A stretch of DNA of 64,000 nt, from positions 1-64,000 of IMG/VR virus record IMGVR_UViG_3300028370_000004; one strand, 5' to 3'. The notes beneath the pieces are model-generated. The model made no database searches. It had not been told where the DNA came from and saw nothing but the letters and a program-made list of their open reading frames with translations. Both the position numbers and the translations under genes were made by a program. This stretch comes from a virus. Its lineage: Duplodnaviria; Caudoviricetes. Shown here one piece after another: positions 1-8,801 of the stretch. The stretch's first letter is position 1, and each line of letters begins with the position of its first letter.

Positions 1-387
1 ATCAAGTCCTTTTAGTACGCCCAGCCATTTGTTTCGTAGTAGTGCAAACTCATTGATTAATTGTTCGTAATCGCAGACTGCTGTCTCGCCGTCTACATAC
101 TTTTCACAATCGCGACTGGATAATGCACGCTGATAATTTTCTAAATATTTTCTAAAAAACGAGCTACGCAACTTACGTAATTCGATATTTAGATATTCCA
201 GTATTGCCTCAAGTTCTTGAAGTTGATTAAATCGTTGTTCAACAATTCCAGGCATCATTGCTGCTGCTTTTTCAATACTACCCTTAATCTGAGTTTCAAA
301 GCGAGCTGTTGCCAGCTCGCTTTCAAAGTATTGTATAGCATTTGGAATTTCAGTAATGTCATTAGTGACTTTGCTGTACCATCCCAT
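1..387 (-). CDS. uvsY: UvsY-like recombination mediator (3' end runs off the window)
   Basis: Manual translation MGWYSKVTNDITEIPNAIQYF...RKYLENYQRALSSRDCEKYVDGE...; helical; lies downstream of uvsX. Confidence 0.7.
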   Translation of the reverse strand, partial: MGWYSKVTNDITEIPNAIQYFESELATARFETQIKGSIEKAAAMMPGIVEQRFNQLQELEAILEYLNIELRKLRSSFFRKYLENYQRALSSRDCEKYVDGETAVCDYEQLINEFALLRNKWLGVLKGLD

Positions 388-389
388 GC

Positions 390-617
390 TTAGTCCTCGT
401 CTTCTTCATCGTTGTCGTCGTCAGTATCTAGATCAAGATAGTAATTAATAGCGTGATCTAAGAACTTGTCAGTTCCGCTAACCTCTCTAAGAGTCATGTC
501 GTTAACACCGTAGTCTGCTAATAAATCAACATACTTTTCTGCTGCAAGTTCGACATGCTTTTTATCAAGATACTCCTTGAATAAATTCCAAATATCGGCT
601 ATCTGGTCTTCGTTCAT
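390..617 (-). CDS. Small acidic hypothetical protein
   Basis: 75 aa ORF with ATGA overlap to uvsX. Confidence 0.7.
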   Translation of the reverse strand: MNEDQIADIWNLFKEYLDKKHVELAAEKYVDLLADYGVNDMTLREVSGTDKFLDHAINYYLDLDTDDDNDEEDED

Positions 618-1720
618 TCTTCTTGCTCCTCAACATAATCAGCAGTGTCAACTTCTTCAACTTCGGGTTCGCTTTCTCCGTTGGCCCTGGCTGTTAATGC
701 TGTTTCTTTCTTAATAAGAAAATCGGCCATTGCACGATCAAGGAGATCGCCTGTCCATCTTTTGCGGAATTCAAGAATCACTTCTCCATCTTCCATGACA
801 TACTCGTACCGGTTTCCCTTTTTTTCAAGTAGACCATTTCCGTCAAACAAGTCAAACAACCCACTGTATGGGTCCATGCCTGTTGCGTAAGGAATGCGCA
901 CTTCAACGCTTTCAAACGGCTTTGAATACCGTGTTTTCATTATCTTGCACTTGGCACGAATACCATGTACAGTTGCTGATTTAACACCGTTTTCGTCTTC
1001 TTTTAACTTTAGCTTTTTCATAGCAACAACAATCGATGATGCGTAGATAAAACCTTGGCCTCCAGAAATCTTGTCGTCTGGGTCAAACATATCTTGACTT
1101 TGATAAGTGTGGTTGGTAACAACCATACCTACGTTGTAAGAACCAAACATGTTAACACAGTTAGTAACCAATGCTTTGAGTTGCTTGGCCTTACGACCAA
1201 AGTCACCTTTCATGTCGCCGGCTTCGAACTGATTAAGTTCTGTTGGCGACATAAGCATGCCCAACGAATCAACAACAAAGAGTACCTTTGGTCGATCTTC
1301 CTCTGCCATGTCTCTGTAGTCTTTCATAAACATATGAATTGTTTTAGCAACATCGTCGATCATTGCCATGTTGAGTTTCAACATTTTACTGTCGTCAGTG
1401 TCTACATCAAGAGCTTTTAACCAGCTCTCGTCTAGTGCGTTCTCGGTGTCAACAAGAACTACGAAGATTCCTTGCTTCTGTGCTTCACGTACAAGTGTAC
1501 CAGAACAGATGAAAGATTTGCCAGCGCCTGACTCGCCTGCAAAAACACTTACTTTTCCTAGTGGAATACCTTTACTAAAGTCTCCGCTAATTAAATAGTT
1601 AAGTGCAAAGTTTCCTGTTGAGACCCAATCTGTTGGGTCGTGGAATCCCGAACTCATTCCTTGAATAGATTTTGTTAAACTATTGCGAAATTTCGAGGGA
1701 TCAAATGATTTAGTAGCCAT
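614..1720 (-). CDS. uvsX: RecA/UvsX recombinase
   Basis: Walker A GESGAGKS, DTENALD, Walker B VVDSLG, SGGQG motif. Confidence 0.95.
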   Translation of the reverse strand: MATKSFDPSKFRNSLTKSIQGMSSGFHDPTDWVSTGNFALNYLISGDFSKGIPLGKVSVFAGESGAGKSFICSGTLVREAQKQGIFVVLVDTENALDESWLKALDVDTDDSKMLKLNMAMIDDVAKTIHMFMKDYRDMAEEDRPKVLFVVDSLGMLMSPTELNQFEAGDMKGDFGRKAKQLKALVTNCVNMFGSYNVGMVVTNHTYQSQDMFDPDDKISGGQGFIYASSIVVAMKKLKLKEDENGVKSATVHGIRAKCKIMKTRYSKPFESVEVRIPYATGMDPYSGLFDLFDGNGLLEKKGNRYEYVMEDGEVILEFRKRWTGDLLDRAMADFLIKKETALTARANGESEPEVEEVDTADYVEEQEE

Positions 1721-1743
1721 TAATTTCTCCTATTAAGCCAAAG

Positions 1744-1783
1744 AATAACAGCCTTGAATATTTCAGTAGACAGGGCTGTTATT
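1744..1783 (-). terminator. Stem-loop between ssb and uvsX (terminator or attenuator)
   Basis: AATAACAGCC...GGCTGTTATT inverted repeat followed by CTTTT on the minus strand. Confidence 0.5.
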
Positions 1784-1788
1784 TAATT

Positions 1789-2763
1789 TTATGTGTTTTG
1801 ACGTGATCGAATCATTGCAAGGATATCCTGTGCACCGCCTGCGTTTTCTGCCGGAGCAGGAGCAGGTGCTGATTCTTGTGCTACTTCAGCGTTAGACTTG
1901 GATGGAACGTCTTCGGTCTTAGCTGCTGGAGTAGCTGCTGGAGTAGCTGACGAAGCTTTTGGATCACCTGTGCGCTGTGACATGCCGGCAGGGCGGAAGT
2001 ATTGGCCCCAACGATCCGGATCATATGGTTCTCCATCAACACTTGCTTCGAACATTTCAGTCAATACCTTAACTTCAATTTCCGATGGCTTCTTAGGAAG
2101 GAAGTCACTTAGATCTAGCAATCCATTTTCTGTTACAGCAGCCAATTCTTCGTCAGCAAGGGGGCGGTCTCTACGTGCCCAATTTGAAGTTGAATAGTCT
2201 GCATAGCCGCCCTTGCTGGACTTGGTTAGGCGGAAGTCCACCCCACCAGCATAATCTGTTGGTAGTTCTTCCATGTCTGGATCCATGAGTGCTGCTTTGA
2301 TGATCTTAAAGATCTGGGGACCGATAATAAATCTGCGAACTGGGTTCTCGGGTGTATTATCTTCTTTTAGTGCACTGTCTGTTACCAAGCCTTGGAAAAT
2401 GTACGAACGCTTTTTCCAATACTTTCTGCCCATGTCTTCTAAACTTGGGTCTTTGAACCAAGCGCGTACTTCTGCAAGTATCGGGCAACTTTCGTTATAC
2501 ATTTCCATGCACGGAACTTGTACCTGCACAGGGCGAGAATCAGTTTCTCCTTTGATGCCTGCAAACGGAAGCTTAATCATCAAACGTTCTGTCCAGAAAA
2601 ATGTGTTGTCTGCATTACCGTCTGGTAGGAATCTGATAGTAGAAGTATCACCTTCGTTCATATTCCAAAATGGGTAAATTGCGTTATCGCCCCCGGTTTT
2701 ATTTCCACCTGCGCGAGATTCTTGTTCTTTTAGTTTAGCTCTAATTTCTGCTAGTGATGCCAT
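1789..2763 (-). CDS. Single-stranded DNA-binding protein (T4 gp32-like)
   Basis: IRFLP, CPI, YWKKRSY, GYADYSTS motifs; low-complexity tail; adjacent to uvsX. Confidence 0.9.
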   Translation of the reverse strand: MASLAEIRAKLKEQESRAGGNKTGGDNAIYPFWNMNEGDTSTIRFLPDGNADNTFFWTERLMIKLPFAGIKGETDSRPVQVQVPCMEMYNESCPILAEVRAWFKDPSLEDMGRKYWKKRSYIFQGLVTDSALKEDNTPENPVRRFIIGPQIFKIIKAALMDPDMEELPTDYAGGVDFRLTKSSKGGYADYSTSNWARRDRPLADEELAAVTENGLLDLSDFLPKKPSEIEVKVLTEMFEASVDGEPYDPDRWGQYFRPAGMSQRTGDPKASSATPAATPAAKTEDVPSKSNAEVAQESAPAPAPAENAGGAQDILAMIRSRQNT

Positions 2764-2904
2764 AGTGATGCCTCCTGTTAATGCTATTGCCTATGTGTCT
2801 TTATTTGTTCTTAATCGTGTGCCTGTTTGTAGTGTAGCACAAGTATTATACTACACTATTTTATTTATCCTGTCTATCTTTATTTTAATTAATCCTAAAG
2901 AAAA

Positions 2905-4365
2905 TTACATTCCGGATAGCCGTCTTAGCCTTGCTGTGTCGTCTGCCTGTGTGTGTTGTTGTGGTTGTTCTTGTACCGGTGCGTGTTGTTGCGCATGGGT
3001 AAAGTCGGTGCTTTCCACTTTTTGTATAAACTTTGCGGAAGGTTTTACATACTGGTCGCCGTATTCTTTTTGTACCGCAGTTAATACTGCTGTTTCACCT
3101 TTTGGAAATTTTCTAGTCTCTCTGTCAAAGTAGCTAAGGATGAATTCACCCAATGGAGTTTTTGCAGGTTGTTCCTTGCTGATGTTCGAATCGTTGGTAG
3201 GAACTTCATCATCGCGGTCGGGCGACTCGCTCCATTGACCCATTAACTTGTCAAATGCACTTTCGATTGCAACCTCGGCTTTGGACTTTTTGTCCTTGAC
3301 TGCTTTTTTAAATGGCTCTTTTTTGTTGCCATCTTTGTCTACATCAAGGAAGTCCGGCTTTGCTTCTGCTACAAGGTCATCATAAGATATTTCTCTGGCC
3401 CTTGATGCTTCGCCGACTAACCTATAAATGTAAGGAAAAATGTCTGTTAATTCTTCATTAAATTGCTTAATAGTAAGTTGATCAATCCAGTTCTCCGAAA
3501 CATCGTCTGGCACATCCTCTATCAATGCCGGTGTAAACTTTGCAATTGCTTCCTTGTAATAGGATTCTTTTTGCAAGCCTATAATTTCTTTTTTAACTTC
3601 TGTGACTCTGCTCTTAACAATATCTTTGTATCCGCCTAGTGTTTCAGCCATAACCGAACTACGACCGATATATTGGTTGAACTTGCGCAGTTTGGATGCT
3701 TCTTCTGACAGTCCTGAAATATACTTGCCAAAATCGTCGTATGCGTTACCACCTTCGCTAACATGCATTGCCATTGCGCGGGCGCCACTTAGGTGTTTAA
3801 ATGGATACTTAAATCTCTCACCAGATGGTGATTCAACGTAAATTGCTTTGATTTTTTGGGTTCTGCTATTTACACTCTCTACGTTAATGGGTTGTGAGTG
3901 CTTGATTGCTAACCTAGCATTGCCTATTTTTTGATAACTGGTATTCAGTGTACCATACATTTTTGATTCAGACATCTGATCATCTCCAGAACGATTTTTT
4001 GCTAAAAAGTAATAATCTTTTTTGTTTAATTGTTTTTTGTTTATATCACGCACCGAAAATGCCATTAATCTCTTTTTAGAAAACATTCGTATTTCTCTTA
4101 AAAAGTTATACCAGGCATCTTGTACAGCTTCGTCTTGATCGGCTACCAAGTCCTTGCTAGTGATAACAGAAATTCCAGTATCATTATCAAGACTTACACT
4201 AATTTTACCAAGGTCTTCGCCGTTGCTTATGTACGAAAAGTCGTAATAACGGGCGTCATCTGGTATATTTGTTACGTTGCCTTCTTTGTCGCCGATGGTT
4301 ACGTTGGGGAAACGTCCGCGGATTTTATTGAATAATTCCGCACCAATGCGATCTAAGTTTTTCAT
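2905..4365 (-). CDS. Hypothetical, probably head-associated protein
   Basis: Long ORF; start moved to ATG 4365, 5 nt after TAAATA; carries the EAKPDFLDVDKDG module. Confidence 0.7.
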   Translation of the reverse strand: MKNLDRIGAELFNKIRGRFPNVTIGDKEGNVTNIPDDARYYDFSYISNGEDLGKISVSLDNDTGISVITSKDLVADQDEAVQDAWYNFLREIRMFSKKRLMAFSVRDINKKQLNKKDYYFLAKNRSGDDQMSESKMYGTLNTSYQKIGNARLAIKHSQPINVESVNSRTQKIKAIYVESPSGERFKYPFKHLSGARAMAMHVSEGGNAYDDFGKYISGLSEEASKLRKFNQYIGRSSVMAETLGGYKDIVKSRVTEVKKEIIGLQKESYYKEAIAKFTPALIEDVPDDVSENWIDQLTIKQFNEELTDIFPYIYRLVGEASRAREISYDDLVAEAKPDFLDVDKDGNKKEPFKKAVKDKKSKAEVAIESAFDKLMGQWSESPDRDDEVPTNDSNISKEQPAKTPLGEFILSYFDRETRKFPKGETAVLTAVQKEYGDQYVKPSAKFIQKVESTDFTHAQQHAPVQEQPQQHTQADDTARLRRLSGM

Positions 4366-4376
4366 ACTATTATTTA

Positions 4377-5477
4377 TCAAAAGCTACTGCTGACAAAGAT
4401 AGGCATCGGCTGCTCATAATCTTCGTCGGGTTCAAGATGAATAAAGGTATTATAAATCGAAGGATCCCAATCTTTGATCACAGTAATCATTCGCAGAGCA
4501 AGCAACGTAGCGCTAACCAAATCGTCGCCGTGTCCTTGCTTTGCTTGAAAACTGGTATTCGACTTTACATAATTTTTTAATTCGGATATAAGCGGTCTGC
4601 TTCGCAACAACAGTTGATCGTTTTCAATCATTGTTTTTAATCTTGCGCAGATGGTCATTTTTGCGCCATGTGTGGTGTTAAATCCTTTACGAAACTTTCT
4701 TACATGACCTTTTCTCATGGGTTCACTGATAAACAATCCTGGTATATTTTCTTCGCCATAATCGTTGATTACAATCAGTGCTGCTTCGCCCAATCCATTG
4801 TTCTCGACGCTCCAGTATATGTTGTCGCCACCGCTCTTGGTTTCGTCAGCAATGTATTGGCAGATATCTTTTAATACACGAACCTGGCCAGGGATTCCGG
4901 TTTCGTTGTGACACCATTCCCCAACTTGTTCATACGTAGGAATTTCATATATTTGTAATGCTGCGTTGTTGCCGCCTGTGCCCATAGCAGGATCTAGTGA
5001 CACCACATAACTGTATTTCGAGCTTGGCTTTTTGAACCAACGAGTATGACCCATATTTAATAGAGGCGCTTCGCCTTCCATTGTAGCAAGTTTGATCGAA
5101 TGTATTAGCGTCTCGTCGAACACAAGGAATTCACAGTTCGAGCTGAGTATTTTGTTTGTATAATATCGGTGGCCGCCATTGACTTCTATAAGATCATAAA
5201 CCGGTTCTGAATAACCTAGATCTATTTTGTTGAGTAATTTTATATCGCCTTCGGTTGTAACCACTGTGTTTCCTATTGCAATGTCCTGGGCTTGTTTTGA
5301 AGTTTCCGGGCCTATGTAAAATTTGTGATCGTGGGTGCATTCAACATATGCGCCTTGTTCAAACTCCATTCGGAGCAACGGTTTTATTCCCATCATGCTA
5401 ACACCGGCAAAGTCTTGAAACCCTTCCGGTGTTAGCACCTTGTACCCCTTGATGTTCTCTTTAAAAGTCTTTGTCAT
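4377..5477 (-). CDS. terL: Terminase large subunit fragment 3: IntC-2 (aa 1-114) plus C-terminal RNase H-like nuclease extein
   Basis: Intein block B (ECTHDHKF) and blocks F/G (VYDLIEV..HRYYTNKILSSN|C); then CEFL, SLDPAMG, VENNGLG, GHGDDLV nuclease motifs. Confidence 0.93.
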   Translation of the reverse strand: MTKTFKENIKGYKVLTPEGFQDFAGVSMMGIKPLLRMEFEQGAYVECTHDHKFYIGPETSKQAQDIAIGNTVVTTEGDIKLLNKIDLGYSEPVYDLIEVNGGHRYYTNKILSSNCEFLVFDETLIHSIKLATMEGEAPLLNMGHTRWFKKPSSKYSYVVSLDPAMGTGGNNAALQIYEIPTYEQVGEWCHNETGIPGQVRVLKDICQYIADETKSGGDNIYWSVENNGLGEAALIVINDYGEENIPGLFISEPMRKGHVRKFRKGFNTTHGAKMTICARLKTMIENDQLLLRSRPLISELKNYVKSNTSFQAKQGHGDDLVSATLLALRMITVIKDWDPSIYNTFIHLEPDEDYEQPMPIFVSSSF

Positions 5478-6488
5478 TTAGTGTCCTATACGAATATTTA
5501 TTCTCAAATATCCAAACTTCGTAGTCATACCCTCTGTCTACAACAGCTTGGCGTTTTTTAAGGTTGTTAACCAATCTATTCTTATACTTTTCCTTGCCAT
5601 GGCCGTTCCACCACCATTGACTCTTGACTCTTGACTCTTGACTTCGATAATTTTATTTTCTTTAGGAATGAAGATATCGGGGTAATATTTTAAGTGATGT
5701 CTATTTTCAGCAACGTACTTAAATACCTCGATAGCGTAGTCTGAATAATCGTCGTGTATAATTATGTCATCTTCGCTGTATTTCAGCTGGTTAAATAATA
5801 TATCCAAAGCAAAAGGTTCATGACCGCGTACACCTACAACCTTGCCGCCTGGCATTGTATAGTCTTTTATTGTACAGTTGCCTTTGTTGATCTTGCTAGC
5901 TGTTGTTCCTGACAATAGTACGTTTTCGACACCGTATCTTTCTAAGTTAGTAGCCCGCCTTTGTTGGTTGCTCTTATTCTTTTCTTCAATAGAACGGTTT
6001 ACTCTACTTAAACTAGCCTGCTTGCTGTTGTTGTATTTTTCGTCGCCATATTTTACTAGCTTGGTCTGTCTTGACTTTTCTTTTTGGCTCTCCAACTTTG
6101 ATCCCCACGCAACTCCGTACTTCTTTTTAAACGTAGCTTGCGCTTTGTTAAGTTGTTTTTCTTTTTGTGCATCTGTTCGCAATGCTGCTGCCTTCTTTTT
6201 GTTAGCGGAATCAATTTGTTTTTTGGTTGCAGTCCACTGTGACTTTGTAGTCGACCCACTTACTCCTACGCACTTAGGATCCCCGCAACTGTTGGCATAA
6301 GTTTCTTTGTGTTGATAAAATGAAAGTTTCTCTCCGCATATACACCTAGGACTTGTTCCAGTTGTATACTTTTCGTAGTAATCTCGATACGTTAAGTTAT
6401 GTGTTTTTAAATGTCGCGTGAATTGACCATTGGTTTTGCAGTATGTCTTATTATCTAATCTTGATTCGACGTAAATTGCGACGCTCAC
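5461..6488 (-). pseudogene. Free-standing PD-(D/E)XK-type endonuclease splitting intein 2; frameshifted by a 14-bp repeat expansion
   Basis: KYG repeats and YYPDIFIPKENKIIEVKS; removing two TTGACTC copies restores ...EVKSQWWWNGHGKEKYKNRLVNNLKKRQAVVDRGYDYEVWIFENK...DF* ending at 5461; GGAG RBS before GTG 6488. Confidence 0.75.
5617..5643. repeat. 7-bp tandem repeat (TTGACTC)x3 + TTGACT
   Basis: Read directly from the sequence. Confidence 0.95.
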
Positions 6489-6518
6489 AGTATTCTCCGT
6501 TAAATCGTTCTTGTGCAA

Positions 6519-7256
6519 TTATTTATTAATGGTGCTAAACAGGTTGCCTATTTCTGAGTCAAATATATTACCGTGTATATCCTGGAGGGTGATGATTGTA
6601 GGTGCGCTCACACAACCATACTCGCGCCTGAATCGTTCTTCGCCAATTCGGCCAACCTCACCTTTTTTCCACTCTTCGTCTCTATCTGGGTGATCGTGCC
6701 ACTCTGAGATAAAACTACGGAATCCATTGATGCCTAATTCTTGTTCAACGCCATATTCGTCAAATCTCTTTTCGGCATCTTTCCAAATAGTAGCAAATGT
6801 ATCTTCATCTGAGTTTGGTGTGCTTGTGATAATTGCGCGTCCACCAGTTGCTAGTGTAGGCGAAATTGATGCCCAAAATTCTTCAGCAATGTTTGGTTGC
6901 ACAAATGCGAATTCATCACATTGATGAGAGTTAATATTATTTGCAATTATTACATGATTTTCTGCATTAAATATTTCATAAGTGTCTTCTAAAACTACAG
7001 ATGTTAGGTCTGCCACAGTTTTAATAGTATTGTGCGAATCTAACCTGTCACCTACAATTATATCATTTACTCTTGTTTCTACACCGTTAATAAAAAACCG
7101 GTGTTCTAACGTTGCAGTAACGAAAGTACCGTCGGTAAATGTTATTTTACAAGATTCTTTATTTGCATTTTCATTTAAGAAAATACCTTCAAATTCTTCC
7201 CACCCGTTAGGAGTTAATATTTCATATTCTGTATTAGGTGCGTATATTTGTTTCAT
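6519..7256 (-). CDS. terL: Terminase large subunit fragment 2: IntC-1 (112 aa) + 102-aa middle extein + IntN-2 (31 aa)
   Basis: VTATLEHRF block B; ...IIANNINSHQ|CDEFAF (Walker B); ITSTPN coupling motif; FRREYG|CVSAPTIITL IntN; AAGGA RBS. Confidence 0.93.
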   Translation of the reverse strand: MKQIYAPNTEYEILTPNGWEEFEGIFLNENANKESCKITFTDGTFVTATLEHRFFINGVETRVNDIIVGDRLDSHNTIKTVADLTSVVLEDTYEIFNAENHVIIANNINSHQCDEFAFVQPNIAEEFWASISPTLATGGRAIITSTPNSDEDTFATIWKDAEKRFDEYGVEQELGINGFRSFISEWHDHPDRDEEWKKGEVGRIGEERFRREYGCVSAPTIITLQDIHGNIFDSEIGNLFSTINK

Positions 7257-8130
7257 TGAATTCCTTTACTAACCTTGCTCCACTAACAGGTGCCGCATGC
7301 TGCATGTCGGTATTAATCATCTTAGCAAATACGTCAAACTCGTACAATGATTTATTAATAGTATAACTAGCGTTAGTTAACAACAAATCTATTGTAATAC
7401 TGCACGCACTGTGCTTTGATATGTTTTCTTTCCACGGAAGCATTTGTAAGTTATGTATACTTCCGATAAGCAACGGACTAACACGGTTTTTGTATCCTTG
7501 CATAATAGAAAATATATGGTCTATATGATGTGCACCTTCAACTCCGGCAAGTCCAGTTTTATAACCCGAGGTTATTGCTAGTCTATGCTGTTCAGTGACA
7601 TACGTTACAACTGACTTATACCGATAAAACTCATTACGCTGCGCCGGATCTAATATAAGACCCTTGGCTGCTTTTGTTGCGTTACCTTTAGTAATTGCAA
7701 GAGTTGCTAATTGCGAATAACCGTTACGGCCGAACTCGTCAACATTGCTCATATGCGTTGCTCTAGTTTTTTGGCCTTTTTTACTATATCCACTAATACC
7801 ATCGGCGTCTAGCTTAGATAGCGTTTGTTGGGCAGCAACTTGCGATGTTTCGTAAGCAGTTAGCCCAGTAGCAGAGTCAACTGTACTAAGTCCTTTTTTG
7901 ATGTTTGCTTTTCGTGCATTGCTAACTCCCCGAACTCCTGGGTGCAGTCTATCGTACTCTGCCACGCTCATATGTAACACTCGCTCAATGTACGATGTCT
8001 TGATCATACTAAGACGTTCGTCACTTACAGGACATAATATATAATCTATGCCCGATTGTAATGACGATTCGTACAAATGCGCGTTACGCTTTTGGTTTCG
8101 TTTCTTAAATGCTTGTATTTTTATATCCAT
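7234..8130 (-). CDS. Free-standing HNH-type endonuclease splitting intein 1
   Basis: HHIDHIFS...HNLQMLPWKENISK; ATG 8130 lies 4 nt after TATAAATA; stop overlaps the start of fragment 2. Confidence 0.75.
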   Translation of the reverse strand: MDIKIQAFKKRNQKRNAHLYESSLQSGIDYILCPVSDERLSMIKTSYIERVLHMSVAEYDRLHPGVRGVSNARKANIKKGLSTVDSATGLTAYETSQVAAQQTLSKLDADGISGYSKKGQKTRATHMSNVDEFGRNGYSQLATLAITKGNATKAAKGLILDPAQRNEFYRYKSVVTYVTEQHRLAITSGYKTGLAGVEGAHHIDHIFSIMQGYKNRVSPLLIGSIHNLQMLPWKENISKHSACSITIDLLLTNASYTINKSLYEFDVFAKMINTDMQHAAPVSGARLVKEFNETNIRT

Positions 8131-8156
8131 GCAGTATTTATACAAATGCAAACTTA

Positions 8157-8798
8157 TCACCCGATAATTCTTTTAGGGTTGTGTGTCCTGATATACAAAT
8201 CTCGAAGAGTTATATCTTCTTCAATAAGTGTATGCTTATTACGAACTCGGACAGTAGTTGTATCGCCATCTAAACAGTATAGTAGCGAGATAGCCAAACC
8301 ACGTCCTGTAGTAGGTGTGGTTGTTTGACTGATAATACGCGAGCCGTTTTCAAATTCAATTGAGCCTTTGTTGTAACTGGTTACTCCGGCTCTAATGTGG
8401 TCAGGACACAATTCGTAAACATACCGGATACGCTGCATAATTTCCTGTGCACCTGTGTATTTGTGTGCTGCAATCAAGATAGTCTGATCCGGCTTGAACA
8501 TTGCAAACCACGCAAGATAGATACTTGCACAAGTTGTCTTACCAGTTTGTCTAGGCATCATATTGATGTTGAATCGATAGTTGTGATACGTGTGCATCAA
8601 TCCTAACTGATAATCATACGGATCATACAACAGCTTTCCCTTAAGGGGATGCTGAATATATGCAAACATCTTAGCAAAGTAAAGATAGCCAACATCAGGA
8701 TCCATGCACCCAACTAGTTGTTCAATTTGTTGTTCAGTGAATGTTTCCTGACGGTTGGCTTTCTTAATTAATACGCCGTCTAAGGTAGATGGTGCCAT
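8157..8798 (-). CDS. terL: Terminase large subunit fragment 1: N-terminal ATPase extein (174 aa) + IntN-1 (39 aa)
   Basis: PYDYQ adenine-binding motif, PRQTGKTT Walker A, FENGS, GRG..SLLY|CLDGDTTTVRV intein block A. Confidence 0.95.
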   Translation of the reverse strand: MAPSTLDGVLIKKANRQETFTEQQIEQLVGCMDPDVGYLYFAKMFAYIQHPLKGKLLYDPYDYQLGLMHTYHNYRFNINMMPRQTGKTTCASIYLAWFAMFKPDQTILIAAHKYTGAQEIMQRIRYVYELCPDHIRAGVTSYNKGSIEFENGSRIISQTTTPTTGRGLAISLLYCLDGDTTTVRVRNKHTLIEEDITLRDLYIRTHNPKRIIG

Positions 8799-8801
8799 GG
8801 G

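Noticed and set aside
4377-8798. Group I introns or stop-codon recoding as the way terL is joined
   Set aside because: Each break is flanked by intein blocks with Cys nucleophiles, the downstream pieces have their own RBS and ATG, and the inserts are filled by ORFs with no room for a ribozyme core. Other genes end normally at TAA, TAG and TGA.
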